A stretch of 64,000 bases of DNA from Hemiscyllium ocellatum. Its lineage: Eukaryota. Below, piece after piece: positions 36,728-48,724 of this stretch. Numbering within the stretch: the stretch's first letter is position 1; each line of letters opens with the position of its first letter. The translations under genes and the position numbers were made by a program. The stretch covers positions 37,248,999 through 37,312,998 of the forward strand of contig NC_083424.1 in the NCBI RefSeq assembly GCF_020745735.1. Reading direction: 5' to 3'. Below the pieces are notes generated by a model. That model was not told the DNA's origin, made no database searches, and saw only the letters and a program-made list of their open reading frames with translations.

Positions 36728-37029
36728 CAATATGAAGCGCCCACAGAATGGCTGAGGCTACTCTCACTGGTCTTCCGCGTGTTGCTGATTCTTCAAGGTG
36801 CCTGATGCAGAGGGAAGTAGAAGAGAAAGGTTGTAAAACCTAGGAAGTTACAGCAGCTGCCACTGGCTGGTACTCAACCCACAGAGGAAGGAGGAGTAGG
36901 ATACCATCAATGAATGAGACACAGAGTTCTAGTACTGAATCAAATCTGCACAGTTCACTTGAGCAATCTTCAAATGTTCTGGGTGTACATTTGCTCACTG
37001 AGCTGGGAGGTTCGTTTTCTTCAAATGAC

Positions 37030-37200
37030 TAAGATTTGACATCAAAAGATATTAAAGGTGCCCTTAGCCATGATGTCCCACTGATGCCAGCTGCTGAATG
37101 AGTCCTGTGTGCCAATTCCATGCCAGTTTCCCTCAAGGTAGCAGCTGCCCTTATTTTCTTTGTCAGCGTCTCATTTAATCCAATGGCCTGACCTCCCTAT
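37030..37200 (+). pseudogene. PIF/Harbinger transposase N-terminal fossil
   Basis: Translation ANSMPVSLKVAAALIFFVSVSF resembles the PVxxKVxxALxFFAxGSFQ motif. Confidence 0.55.
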
Positions 37201-37275
37201 GCCAGGAGGATAATTGACTGTGTTGTAGTGATCTCATCCAACAGTGTTTGCAAGACAATGTCTATAAATCTGGGA

Positions 37276-37516
37276 GGAGAAAGTGAGGTCTGCAGATGCT
37301 GGAGATCAGAGCTGAAAATGTGTTGCTGGAAAAACGCAGCAGGTCAGGCAGCATCCAAGGAACAGGAAATTCGACATTTCGGGCATAAGCCCTTCATCTT
37401 AGCCTGCTGGACACACTTTCCTAATTCCTGATGAAGGGCTTATGCCCGAAACATCAAATTTCCTGTTCCTTGGATGCTGCCTGACCTGCTGCGCTTTTCC
37501 AGCAACACATTTTCAG
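37276..37516. mobile_element. Penelope-terminus fold-back mini-element with a perfect 14-bp TSD
   Basis: TSD CTATAAATCTGGGA at 37262-37275 and 37517-37530. Inverted arms about 37310-37398 and 37430-37518. Confidence 0.9.
37423..37460 (+). ncRNA. Minimal hammerhead ribozyme motif (catalytic boxes intact, CpG decay 3' of GAAA)
   Basis: AATTC-CTGATGA-A-GGGC(TTAT)GCCC-GAAA-CA-TC-AAATT. Confidence 0.7.
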
Positions 37517-38545
37517 CTATAAATCTGGGACCCATTTAGCCTTTCTCATAACCAATGTGAGGAGCCACTGCCACAGATGGAGGGCAGGTCTTGGATTGCA
37601 ATGTCTCAAGTAGCAAACAGGTCACCATTAAATACAATGGCTGAGCCTCTGAATCGGGAAAATCCTCGGTTCATTCCCCATGCAGGACACTGAGCAACTG
37701 CGGAACATCTCATCTTCATGGAAAATGAGGTGGGAAGTGTGCCATCCTGAGACAAAACTCTCCCAGGCCTGCAGCAGATACTCCACTATCAAACACACTT
37801 GAAACTATTCTTTAACTTCAAGTATGGCAATTCTCCCCTCTGCGCAAAATTGAGCCTCATTGACTCAAACTCATGAAGATTTATACATGCAATGTCCATC
37901 ATTCTCACACTGTGGGCATTTCACCCCTGACATTCTGGTGCATTGTCACATCGTCATCTTAGCAAATTAACATGTGCACCTCATTAAAAATAAAAACAAA
38001 ACCCCCACAAAATTCATATATTCTGGAACAGTGTCAAGTCAGCACAGATAAATAATCTAACAATCAAACTCTGTCTAACCTTATACAAAAGTCACGACAG
38101 TATTGGTGAAGTCAATTATAATCCACGACTTCAGTAACAGATGGAAAACAGATTTTCATCTCAGATCCTGAATTATAATAAATGATGACTTCCAGTCAGA
38201 CATTCAACTGTGCAATTAAATGTGTCTGCAGTTCAGCACTTCACTGAACACAGTCAGCTCCCCTTCTCTTCCAAGTTTTGGTGAAAACATTTATTAGTGG
38301 TCTGGATGCCAACTGCCTGCTCTGTATATTTCTACTATGTGTGAATTAGCAAATACATTCCTTGTAGAAATTGTTTTTTGATAAATATTACACTATATTT
38401 TATGTTACCGTTTGCAATGAAACATATTTGCGATGAAAGCAGGACCTATACAGCTATTAGATAAACTAGTTGGTCACCGACAATGGCAGCATTTGAAAGA
38501 TACCAAAAACCAGAGTGAACTATTTCTGGAAGTACATATATAAAT

Positions 38546-39056
38546 TGAAATAACTTCACAGAGGCAAGGTATCTCGTCACCCAGTCACCCTTTCTTTATT
38601 TGTGCATAGTACACATGCCAGCCAGCTAAGAGTCAATCCCCTGAACTGAGGTGACTCTCAATCCCCTGTTAATTCTTTTTTACCCCCACACTACCGTCTA
38701 ACTGTAGTAGTGCTTATTTTTTTCTCCAGCATCCATGGTGTGTGTGTGCAGGTGTGAGACACAGTGAGAGACACAAAGTGCACAAATCTTTATTCAATTT
38801 CCACTACCAGGAAGATAGGAAAACACGCGGGGGACCAGTGACAAGCAGTGTCCTTCACATCAAAAGGCAATGCTGTGTGATCAAACAGTGAAGAGGAGGG
38901 CAGGGATTAAATCAAAATAGAGTTGGACAGGGAAATAATACACTCCATTATTCCCCTGTAAATATTGGTCAGTCAGGGCTTCCTGATTGGCCCAGGTTAT
39001 CAACTCCAATCAAGGATCTCATCGCCAACAAGATCCACCTGGTTCCAATCACTACA
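38546..39056 (-). mobile_element. Solo LTR, interrupted by a Tx1 fragment
   Basis: Minus strand begins TGTAGTGA and ends TATTTCA (TG..CA), with an internal AATAAA. Flanks TAAAT and TAAAC match at 4/5. About 220 bp once the insert is removed. Confidence 0.75.
38674..38951 (-). mobile_element. 5'-truncated Tx1-like LINE (last codons of ORF2, 3' UTR, A-tail)
   Basis: TSD TCCCCTGTWAAT at 38662-38673 and 38952-38963. Minus strand reads ECIISLSNSILI*, then AATAAA, a terminal hairpin and an A-tail. The Tx1 assignment is by recognition. Confidence 0.6.
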
Positions 39057-42000
39057 TAAACAAACAGGCCCTAGCACTGGGAATGCTGGGCTAAGTACAT
39101 CCACATTTCCTGACATCGGAAAGGAGAAAATTCCACCAAATGGCGAGTTTCCAACATTGGGGTTTTGGAAATCTGCCATTTGACTCTTCAGTACGAGCCT
39201 CAATTGAGCTGTCTGCGTCACTGACAGATGATGAGAGCGGTAACTGCGATGTATGAACTTTTGGGCAACTTTGTGGCTTTGTGACTGCCTTCTTCTTTAA
39301 AAAAAATCGGAACTGAAAGACAGTCACGGAAAGCTTTGAAGCTGCCTGAAGATCAGTAGCAACAGTTCTGACTTAGCATAGCTTCAGTCTCTGACAATTG
39401 CTGACAAGGAGAACTGACAGCAGGGCAGGAACTGGAGGAACACCAAGCAGGGCAAAGATGGAGTTGCCCCTCCAATCACAGATTCCGTCTTTCCCGTGCT
39501 TGCTGGGCTTCCAATCTCTGGTTTCCTTTCTTCCATACTTCATAGACAAAATCTATTATTGGAGAAGCAGCAAGAGAGAGGGAAAGAGAGAACCTGTGAT
39601 TGGAGGAGCTGGAATTGTTATATCAGACTGGTCACATTGCTACCATTTTGGAGACTTTCAGCTGCAATTTCATTTCTCCAGGTACTGAGGAGAAGAAATA
39701 GAAACTGAACAAGCATCCACCAGTGATGAGAATGGATCAGGCTTGGGGAAGCGATTTAGTTTATGGTGTTGTTTTGGTTTGTGATGTGCTGGTGGAATCA
39801 ATAAGAAAAATATTTAGGGCTTCTGACACTCATCCACTAGGCAGGCTGGATATGAACTGACCTACTAGGAGCATAATGTCACCCAAGTGCCTGAAGTTGG
39901 AAGAGGCTGTATTTGCCAGCTGACCTGGTTGAGTGCCCATGGGACCCAAGTTCCTTTCCTGGTTGTGTGGATCCCTTGGTGCCAGCTGAGAAAGAGCCAA
40001 AACCACTCATTGACTGGGATAGAGGCAAGCACTGGGAATTGAGTCTGGGCAAGGTGGAGTAAAGCAGGCAGGGGAAGAGAGTCAACGAGAAAGAGGGTTT
40101 GAATGAGTGTCTCTGGAGTGGACAGAAGCAAAACGCTGAGTGAGTAGGGGCTGAATGGGGAGGGAGGGTTGGAGAGGTGAGTGGGTGGGTCAGGATGGAT
40201 GGGAGGGTAGGATTAAGCAGAGAATTAGTAGGGAAAAAGGTCAGGAAAGAGGCAGGGTTGGTATGGACTGGAATCTGAATGGGAGGCTGGTCATGAGTGA
40301 GTGAGGAAGGAGAGATTGGGAAAGATGGCTTCTGGATGTCTGCAGATTGGGTATGGAATGTGTGTGTGTTGTGAGCCAAGATGAACTGATTATGCCTTCT
40401 ATCACCCTGAAATAAGGAGAGCTTGGTTGAAGCCTGTAGGAGGATATAAAATGATAGCATTTTTTATAAAGTACTTTAAAACAGGGCTCATCATATTTAT
40501 AACATCATATTGTGATCAAATGTGTGAGCTTTAGCAATCACATGCTGAATGCTATTATGCTGCTTTATTGTTCTTTCACTTTTTGAGGCCATGTTAACTT
40601 TCAAGTGTTATTGTTACATATGTTCATTCGTGGTTTATGGGCCCAGTTTTTGTTGCTGATCTGTAGTTACCTTTGAAAAGTTAGTGGTGAGTTGAAAAGG
40701 GATCACATTGGGAAGTAGCTTGCAAAGCATGACCATAGTCCTTTGCTTCCCTGCATATACATAATTCAGCAAGGTCACATTCCTTTGTTAGTATGGACTT
40801 CATCCTGTTTTACTTACATTAACTACACGAAAAGCTGACTTGGCGTTGTTGATTTTTTTACAATTGCATTGGTCCAAAGATTTGACAGTAATAGAATGCA
40901 AACAAAATCAAAAGCAAAATTCCCAGCCATTGGCTGTAAAGTATTTGTATCTCCTTGCAGATCATGAAAAATACTCCATTTATATCATACCTTGTCAAAA
41001 ATAAAACAAATGTTTGACTATTAATTTTCAGATCTTTTTAATGATGTACTCATCTCTATATTTACTTAAAATTGCAGCCATTCTTATTCTTCATGCTAAT
41101 TAAGAAAATATTTGAATATTTGTACATCTGCATAATTCTTATAAAGCTATAAACCAGGCAATGACATGAAAAAAAACATTTATTTTTACCCTGCTGTATG
41201 ATAATTGTGATGTTGTCTTATTGTCAGTACAGTTTTAAGAGATATACTCATCACTCTTTCATAGCTTGTGCCCTGATGATCATAAAAGGTGTCATACTTC
41301 ATCTTATCCTGGGATCACTTAAAGGATGACATGCTGTTGAAAACATGCTGCCCTGTTGTACCTAATAGCTAGGTGTTAGCCTAGACAATCATGAGGCTCT
41401 GATTGTAATCTTTATGTAGTATTTAGCTGTAATAAATGTCTATTGGTTTCACCATGTGAAACTTGCCCAGTTTCTAATGTATATGGTATTACACAAGTAT
41501 TGCCATATCAGCTTCAACATCCTACTGGAGGTCAAAATTATATCATGGTAGGCAGAGGAGGCCATTTATATTACAAAAGAGACTCTGAGGTCTCAGTGAT
41601 AGATATCTGGGAAACTGTTTGCTGCTCACCTGGATGACAGCTTTGACATCAGAGAATTTGGCTCAGCATTGGTTTCTGACAGACAACTGCATAGATCCAC
41701 AGATAACACATCGATCAATAAGGACAGAGCTTTTTTGTTCTAAAAGTGCCTTGGTTAAAAACAAAAATCAGAAGTTACAAATGTAATGAAAACCAAATAC
41801 CACAGATTTGTACTGAAGAACAGTAACTTCTCTAAACCCCTCTCGTTTTGAAAAGAAACAAAAATGATTTTTTTTTGTAAAAATAGGCAGAAAAATAGTC
41901 CTGAAAAGGACAGCTCCAGGTCTACCGTGGAAGAACATACAACTGGATGATATAAAGATAGTGTTTTTGTTTATTAAAAGGCTTCCCTATGTGCAGGCCT

Positions 42001-42069
42001 TGGATGGTTGTACTATTTTCTTTGTCCAAATTGGCATGAAAGAAAAGCAAGCAGAGCACCATCACTAGG

Positions 42070-42882
42070 TAAAAACAATGACTGTCGATGCTGGAAACCA
42101 GATTCTGGATTAGTGGTGCTGGAAAAGTACAGCAGTTCAGGCAGCATCCGAGGAGCAGGAAAATCGACGTTTCGGGCAAAAGCCCTTCATCAGGAATAAA
42201 AGCAAAGAGCCTGAAGGGTGGAGAGATAAATGAGAGGGGGGTGGGGATAGGGAGAAAGTAGCATCGAGTACAATAGGTGAGTGGGGGTGGGGATGAAGGT
42301 GATAGGTCAGGGAGGAGGGTGGAGTTGATAGGTGGAAAAGAAGATAGGCAGGTAGGACAAGTCATGGGGACAGTGCTGAACTGGAAGTTTGGAACTGGGG
42401 TGAGGTGGGGGGAAGGGGAAATGAGGAAACTGTTGAAGTCCACATTGATGCCCTGGGATTGAAGTGTTCTGAGACGGAAGATGAGGCATTCTTCCTCCAG
42501 GTGTCTGGTGGTGAGGGAGTGGCAGTGAAGGATGCCCAGGACCTCCATGTCCTCGGCAGAGTGGGAGGGGGAGTTGAAATGTTGGGCCATAGGGCGGTGT
42601 GGTTGATTGGTGCGGGTGTCCTGGAGATGTTCCCTAACACCCTCTGCTAGGAGGCGTCCAGTCTCCCCAATGTAGAGGACACCACATCAGGAGCAACGGA
42701 TACAATAAATGATATTAGTGCATGTGCAGGTAAAACTTTGATGGATGTGGAAGGCTCCTGTAGGGCCTTGGATGGAGGTGAGGGAGAAGGTGTGTGGGCA
42801 CAGGTTTTGCAATTCCTGCGGTGGCAGGGGAAGGTGCCAGGATGGGAGGGTGGGTTGTAGGGGGGCATGGACCTGACCAGCT
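42070..42882 (-). mobile_element. Penelope-like element, 5'-truncated (GIY-YIG and terminal repeat)
   Basis: GTFPCHRRNCKTCAH..HQSFTCTCTNIIYCIRCS..HFNSPSHSAEDM..EEECLIFRL translation. Confidence 0.92.
42162..42197 (-). ncRNA. Minimal type-I hammerhead ribozyme motif, intact core
   Basis: Minus strand ATTC-CTGATGA-A-GGGC(TTTT)GCCC-GAAA-CG-TC-GATT, with a GUC cleavage triplet and palindromic ACGT. Confidence 0.75.
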
Positions 42883-43269
42883 GGTGCAAGCACCACATAC
42901 TGACAGAAACCTGCTATTACAGGTCTGCAATTCTTAAAGGAGCAGCAACAGAGAGTAAAACATCAGAAGGAGAAAAGAAAAACAACTAAAAAAGGAGAGA
43001 GAAGTAAAGCCAATAAAAGGAAATAAATAAAGTGTCATGTACTTCTAAAAATGCAGAAACACCTGCAAAGAGACACGGAAGGAAAACCTTAATTAGGGAA
43101 TGCACACCTTGTAATACATTACAATATTTCAAACAACTCTATACTGTTCTATTTTACACATCAAGTGACAGAATATCCTAAGAAATGAGTTCTAAATATT
43201 TTGTCTGCCATGACAAGGAGTGGTTTTGCAATCTTTCTACAGGCAATCAGAAAGTTACAGAGAATGTCT

Positions 43270-44200
43270 GGAAAGCACCAACACAAGGGAAGAATTCACT
43301 TCAGGGTTAACAGACTCCAACTAATGGCATACAGGTAACAACGTCCAGACTCTATCGAGCAGTTTGTCCGGAAATGTCACAGAAAAAGTGTGAGACTTTG
43401 GAAGACGAAATATGAAAAAGGCTCATTGAATCAGTCACTGGGTCATAGCAATAAAAGCCTATTGGAAGGATCTTTGGACAAGATGTGTTACTTGAGCATG
43501 GACACACCAGTGGCAGGTGTGCTTTAGATGCACTCAACTGTAATCATCCTAGCTAATGGCAAGACTGGAAAATGAGATCTCACATTGAAATCTGAGATAG
43601 ATCATAACTCTTATTTTTGATGTTTGCTTAACATGGTAGTTCGTCAAACATGGGCTGCCAATGTCTATTTAAAAAAAATTGTTTATTGCACAAAAGAAAA
43701 AAAGAAACAAGTTATATAGATAAAACAGGTTAGAAATATTCACACACAGATCAACAAAAAGTATTTTCCCCAGTAATATCCAATACAGATATTCAATCCC
43801 AGTGAAATATCTCTCTTATCTCAACTCTTTGATTTGTTACTTAACAGACTTTTCCCAGTTTTGATTCTTAGATTTCTTTCCAGTTCTGAGAACCTGGGTT
43901 CCTTTTCGGTTCTGACAGCCAGAAGGTTTCTACAAGCTCTCATAATTTTGAGGTTCTCCAAACTAATAAATTACCAACTTGTGACCATCTTGTAATATAT
44001 AGTAGATGACCAGTTCCATCCATTAGTTTCCTGAAATGTTCAACCTGCTGTTACCAATGGTACAACACTGATAGAAACAGCAGCATACGCAGACCTCAAT
44101 GGAGTCAAAATTCATAAGATTAAAATTATATCAAATATGGTGGATCAGACTATGCCTGACATAATTACATCAATCAATGGACTGCAAGACTATGTGAAAT
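43270..44200 (+). pseudogene. Possible Ginger/Gypsy-type DDE integrase fossil, heavily decayed and interrupted
   Basis: Colinear fragments HQHKGRIHFRVNR..SIEQFVRKCH (H2C2-like), IAIKAYW/IFGQDV, S*WQD and TAAYADLNGV..IK. Confidence 0.4.
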
Positions 44201-44444
44201 ACAAGAATGTTGTTGTGTCAGGAGGTTTATGTCTGACATTCTGAATACATTACTCAGTCTACACAAACTCCTCTTGATCTACATCTTGATGACCTAGACT
44301 ACGAAGTTGCAGGTTGATTTGTTACATTTTGGTCAGAACCAGTTTAGACAGTTGCAATCACAAAATGTGGAAGATGAATAACAAAAGAGTTGCAAAACAC
44401 CAGGGATGGTCTATCAGTATTAAAGAAGCATCCGAGAATAATCT

Positions 44445-44570
44445 CAGGCTAGGTGGATTGGCCATGGTAAATGTGGGGTTACACAGTGATAGGATGGGGA
44501 AGTGTAGACTGGATAGGATACTTTTTGAAGGCTTGGTGCAGATCTGATGAGCTGAATGGCCTCTTTCTAG
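44445..44570 (+). mobile_element. 3' half of an HE1-related SINE
   Basis: GGCTAGGTGGATTGGCCATGGTAAATG..TGAGCTGAATGGCCTC. Confidence 0.6.
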
Positions 44571-44714
44571 AATATACAACCAAGTCAGGACATACAAAGT
44601 CTTCACTGATCATGGTGCTACATTGCGAATGAGTAGAAATCAGCTCAGGCTAATGTACAATGCACTAATCATGCATGAAGAGAGTGATGAAGAACACTGT
44701 TGGAGTTGAAGAGA

Positions 44715-44915
44715 ATGTCACCCTTACGGGTGAATCTCAAACAAGAGGTCATAGATATAGAATGAAAGGAGGTAGGTTCAAAGCTGAGATGAGGAGAAAC
44801 TACTTCTCGCAGACTGCTGTGAATTTGGTCCTGAGTGTATTGGAGGCAGTATTAATCAACAGATTCAAGAAAGTAATAGATCTGTTTCTGATGAACAGCA
44901 GGAGAAAGGGCTATG
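44715..44915 (+). mobile_element. CR1 3' fragment
   Basis: GESQTRGHRYRMKGGRFKAEMRRNYFSQ translation. Confidence 0.85.
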
Positions 44916-44918
44916 AGA

Positions 44919-45428
44919 AGTCATAGAGTCATAGAGATATACAGCATGGAAACAGACCCTTCGGTCCAAACCGTCCATGCTGACCAGATATCCCAACCCA
45001 ACCTAGTCCCACCTGCCAGCACAGGGCCCATATCCCTCCAAACCCTTCCTATTCGTATACCCATCCAAATGCCTCTTAAATTGTATCAGCCTCCACCACA
45101 TCCTCTGGCAGCTCATTCCATACATGTACCACCCTCTGTGTGAAAAAGTTGTCCCATAGGTCTTGTTTATATCTTTCCCCTCTCACCCTAAACCTATACC
45201 CGCTCATTCTGGACTCCCTGACCCCAGGGAAAAGACCTTGCCAATTTACCCTATCCATGCCCCTCATAATTTTGTAAGCCTCTATAAGGTCACCCCCTCA
45301 GCCTCCGACGCTCCAGGGAAAACAGCCACAGCCTGCTCAGCCTCTCCCTATAGCTCAAATCCCCCAACCCTGGCAACATCCTTGTAAATCTTTTCTGAAC
45401 CCTTTCAAGTTTCACAATACCTTTCCGA
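44919..45428 (-). mobile_element. HER1/CR1 3' fragment
   Basis: MRGMDRVNWQGLFPGV..FFTQRVVHVWNELP translation and a (CTATGACT)n tail. Confidence 0.92.
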
Positions 45429-45562
45429 TGTTTATTTCAATCAAGCAAAAGAGGTTAGATGACGGGGGCGTTTTTCTCACCTTATTGTTGATATTTTTGA
45501 GGATGTTTTCAGAAATTATTGCAGTTGAAAAGATTTGGATTTCAAGATTCTCCTCATTCTGG

Positions 45563-45880
45563 ACATAGAACATAAATGAGTACAGCACAAGACAGGCCCT
45601 TCGGCCCACAATGTCGTGCTGAGCATTTATTGGTGATCAACCTAACCTACACAACCCTCAATTTACTGCCGCCTATATGTTTGTCCACCAGTCGCTTAAA
45701 TGTCCCTAATATCTCTAACTCTGCTACCACCTTTGGCAGTGCATTCCATGCACCCACCACTCTCTACCTCTGACATTTCCCCTGTACCTTCATCCAATCA
45801 CCTTAAAATTATGACCCTCTGTGACAGCCATTTCTGCACTGGGGAAAAGTCTCTAGCTATCTACTTGACCTGTGCCTCTC
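45563..45880 (-). mobile_element. CR1 3' fragment (different subfamily)
   Basis: VVGAWNALP..FKRL-like translation and a GGGCCGAAGGGCCTGT terminal motif. Confidence 0.8.
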
Positions 45881-45884
45881 ATTA

Positions 45885-46982
45885 CCGTGGACAGTGCACC
45901 AAGGCATCCTCCCACCACTGGTGAGCTTTCTGAAAATACTGAAGTGTTATTTCTACCTTTGAACACAACCTCTCTCATTCAACCCTGGAGCAGGGCGCAA
46001 TAGCAGCTTTGAAAATTTATTTAAGGCACACATTTACAGGAAGCTAATTGCAGCTACTGAGGGGGATAATGAAGACAGTATTCTTCAATTTTGGAAGCCC
46101 TTTAACATTAAGAATGCTATTGACATCATTGTGGGGGCCTGGGGTGATTTCAGTAAGGACTGCTTGCATGCAGTTTGGTGGAAGCTTCTCCCAGATTTTC
46201 TTCATGATTTTAAAGGTGATAAACCATCAGAGGAGCTTCCAGCAATTGAAGAACATTATGTCGCTCTTGCACAGCAATATGGGCTTAAGGAAGTGAAACT
46301 GATCTACAACAACTTGTTGCTGCGGGGGAAATTGAAGCTCGAGGTGAAGATGATGAAGTCCAGGATGCACCACCAGGAGAACTTTCCACTTGTCTTTTGT
46401 CTTCTATCCTGAGGGAAGCTGAGAAGTAGTTGCAGCTCTTAGGAGACAATGACTATAGTGCCGAATGCATCAGGATAGCAGTTCATGGCATAAAATCTTA
46501 TCTGGTATCCAAATGAACAGCTTCTTCATAAAATAAGTAAGATAGCAAAGCAGTAAAAACTAGATGCCTTTCTTAAGCCACCCCCCCAAACAGTCTGCGG
46601 GGCAATGAACCACAGCCACCCACTTCTTGACTAAATATTTTCTTTCATCATAACTCTGCACCCAGAACTGCACCTGAAAGTAATGAAGATGCTGATGATG
46701 ACCCTCAACTCCTATGTTAATACAGTTCTGTAATGCAGCAAATTCAGAAACACCTTAAAGTGTTAAATGTATTGCATTATTTCATTAAGATACACAATGT
46801 TAACATTTAAGTAGTCTGTGCTATCGTTTATGTTAGGCTAACTACTATTTGTATTTACTGAGATTTTTGGTGGTTCACCACAATCCTGTTTTTCCCATAA
46901 GCCCCATTATTTCTATGGCACAATTTTCTATAACAGGAGGTTGCACGAGAATGCATCTATCTTGTTACCGCAGAACAGACTG
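45885..46982 (+). mobile_element. Tigger/pogo DNA transposon, right half with decayed DDE transposase
   Basis: VDSAPRHP..EVLFLPLNTTSLIQP.EQGAIAALK..FWKPFNIKNAIDIIVGAW..CLHAVWWKLLP translation. TIR-like end GCAGAACAGACTG followed by TA at 46983-46984. Confidence 0.85.
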
Positions 46983-48194
46983 TACAGCCATCTCCACTAT
47001 GCTGTCTCTTCTTTTCTGTCCAAAGACTCAAAGATCACAAAGCCCTCCACGTTGTTACAGCTGCTGCAGCCTTTGCTTTTAGCGATGAACATTTTGCACT
47101 TTGTTCCCAGCTTGCTCAGCTCAGGTGCTCCACTCCCCATGGTCAGCTAGCTGCCCAGGTTTTTTATTAGGCAGAATTCAAAGCCTGATATGGTACCCTC
47201 TTCCTTTCTCCACTAGTCTAAAACATTAACATCTTATAAAACCCTGCATTTACAGCCCATGGATCTGGAAATGAAGACAAGAATTTTATTTTTCAACCTT
47301 GTAAAGGGGACAATGAGACTAGGAAATGAGTTATGAAAAAGATTTTGAATGATCATTCGGTGGATCTCAGTGGAAAGAAGGTTTGATGAAGAGAAAAATC
47401 AGCGACCATTTCATTATGAGTCTGTTTCAAGGATGTAGACCAGCTTATGCCTGCATGATTTATAATTTTGGATTGTTTCTGTGATTTGACATTAAAATTG
47501 GCAGAACACGGTCCATTTAATTTTCAAAATTACTTCTTGCAAAGCCAACGTGAATGGATCTTGCTACCAAAGCAGCCACAGTCATATATTTCACACTTAT
47601 CTGGCTTGTATCATTCTCACACATCCACTGTAACCTTCTCCAGCTGCTCTGTGCCATTCATCTCCTCCGAGGTGAACCCCTCTTTGTATTACTCTTCACC
47701 TCGCCCTCTAGGAAACACCTCTGTTGCTTTACAGTTTTGGTCAATCTTTTTTCATTTTTTGCTCTTTTAATTTCAAGCACCTTTTCATTTGTCCTATTTT
47801 CTGTATGTAGCATCTTAAGCACACGTATTAGCCAAGCTTTGGCATTTCAAAGGCCTTGATTTACTTCCGCAGATTTTTACACTTAATTTCAAAGTTTTGG
47901 AGTTATATAGAAAGTGAATAGAATGTAATATGTTAGTTCTTGTTTAACTTTGTTACAATCTTTGTTATTCACATATCTTTCATCTTCATGAAATTACTTC
48001 TAACCATCTCTGTCATTCTTCTGACTTGAGCATCATATCTACAGTCTTCTGTTACCATATATCCTCTCGAGATGAGCTTATCTGTTTGTTCTTGTGTGAC
48101 CATATCCACTTCAATCTTCATTCTAGTTTCGTCTAATGGTCCTCCTTAGGCTGCCATTGTTGATAGATATGCAGTGGTGTTTAATGCTTCTAAG

Positions 48195-48600
48195 ATGGAG
48201 ACTTGGCTAAAGCGTGACCTTATAGAGGTTACAAAATCATGAGGAGCATGGATTGGATAAATAGACAAGGTCTTTTCCCTGGGATGGGGGAGTCCAGAAC
48301 TAGAGGGTATAAGTCTAAGGTGAGAGGGGAAAGACTTAAAAGGGACCCAAGGAGCAAGTTTTTCACACAGAGGGTGGTGTGTGTATGGAATGAGCTGCCA
48401 GAGGAAGTGGTTGAGGCTGCTACAATTGCAAAATTTAAAAGGCATCTGGATGGGTATCTGAATAGGAAGGCTTTAGAGGGATATGGGCCAGGTGCTGGCA
48501 AATGGGACCAGATTAATTTAGTATATCTGGTTGGCATGAATGAGTTGAACTGAAGGGTCTGTTTCTGTGCTGTATATCTCTATGACTCGAAGACTGTGAC
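48195..48600 (+). mobile_element. HER1/CR1 3' fragment
   Basis: MRSMDWINRQGLFPGMGESRTRG..FFTQRVV..FKRHLDGYLN translation. Confidence 0.92.
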
Positions 48601-48724
48601 ATCATTTTCAAAAATACTGGCACTTTCGTTTGGAACAATATATTAAGTTTTACAGCTAAATGCATTATGGTGTGGTTAGGTACAAAATGCATTCAGACTT
48701 ATAGGATATTCAGGATGCTATCAG

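Noticed and set aside
39879-40460. 193-aa Pro/Ser/Thr-rich ORF
   Set aside because: Low-complexity purine/pyrimidine-skewed tract with no domain.
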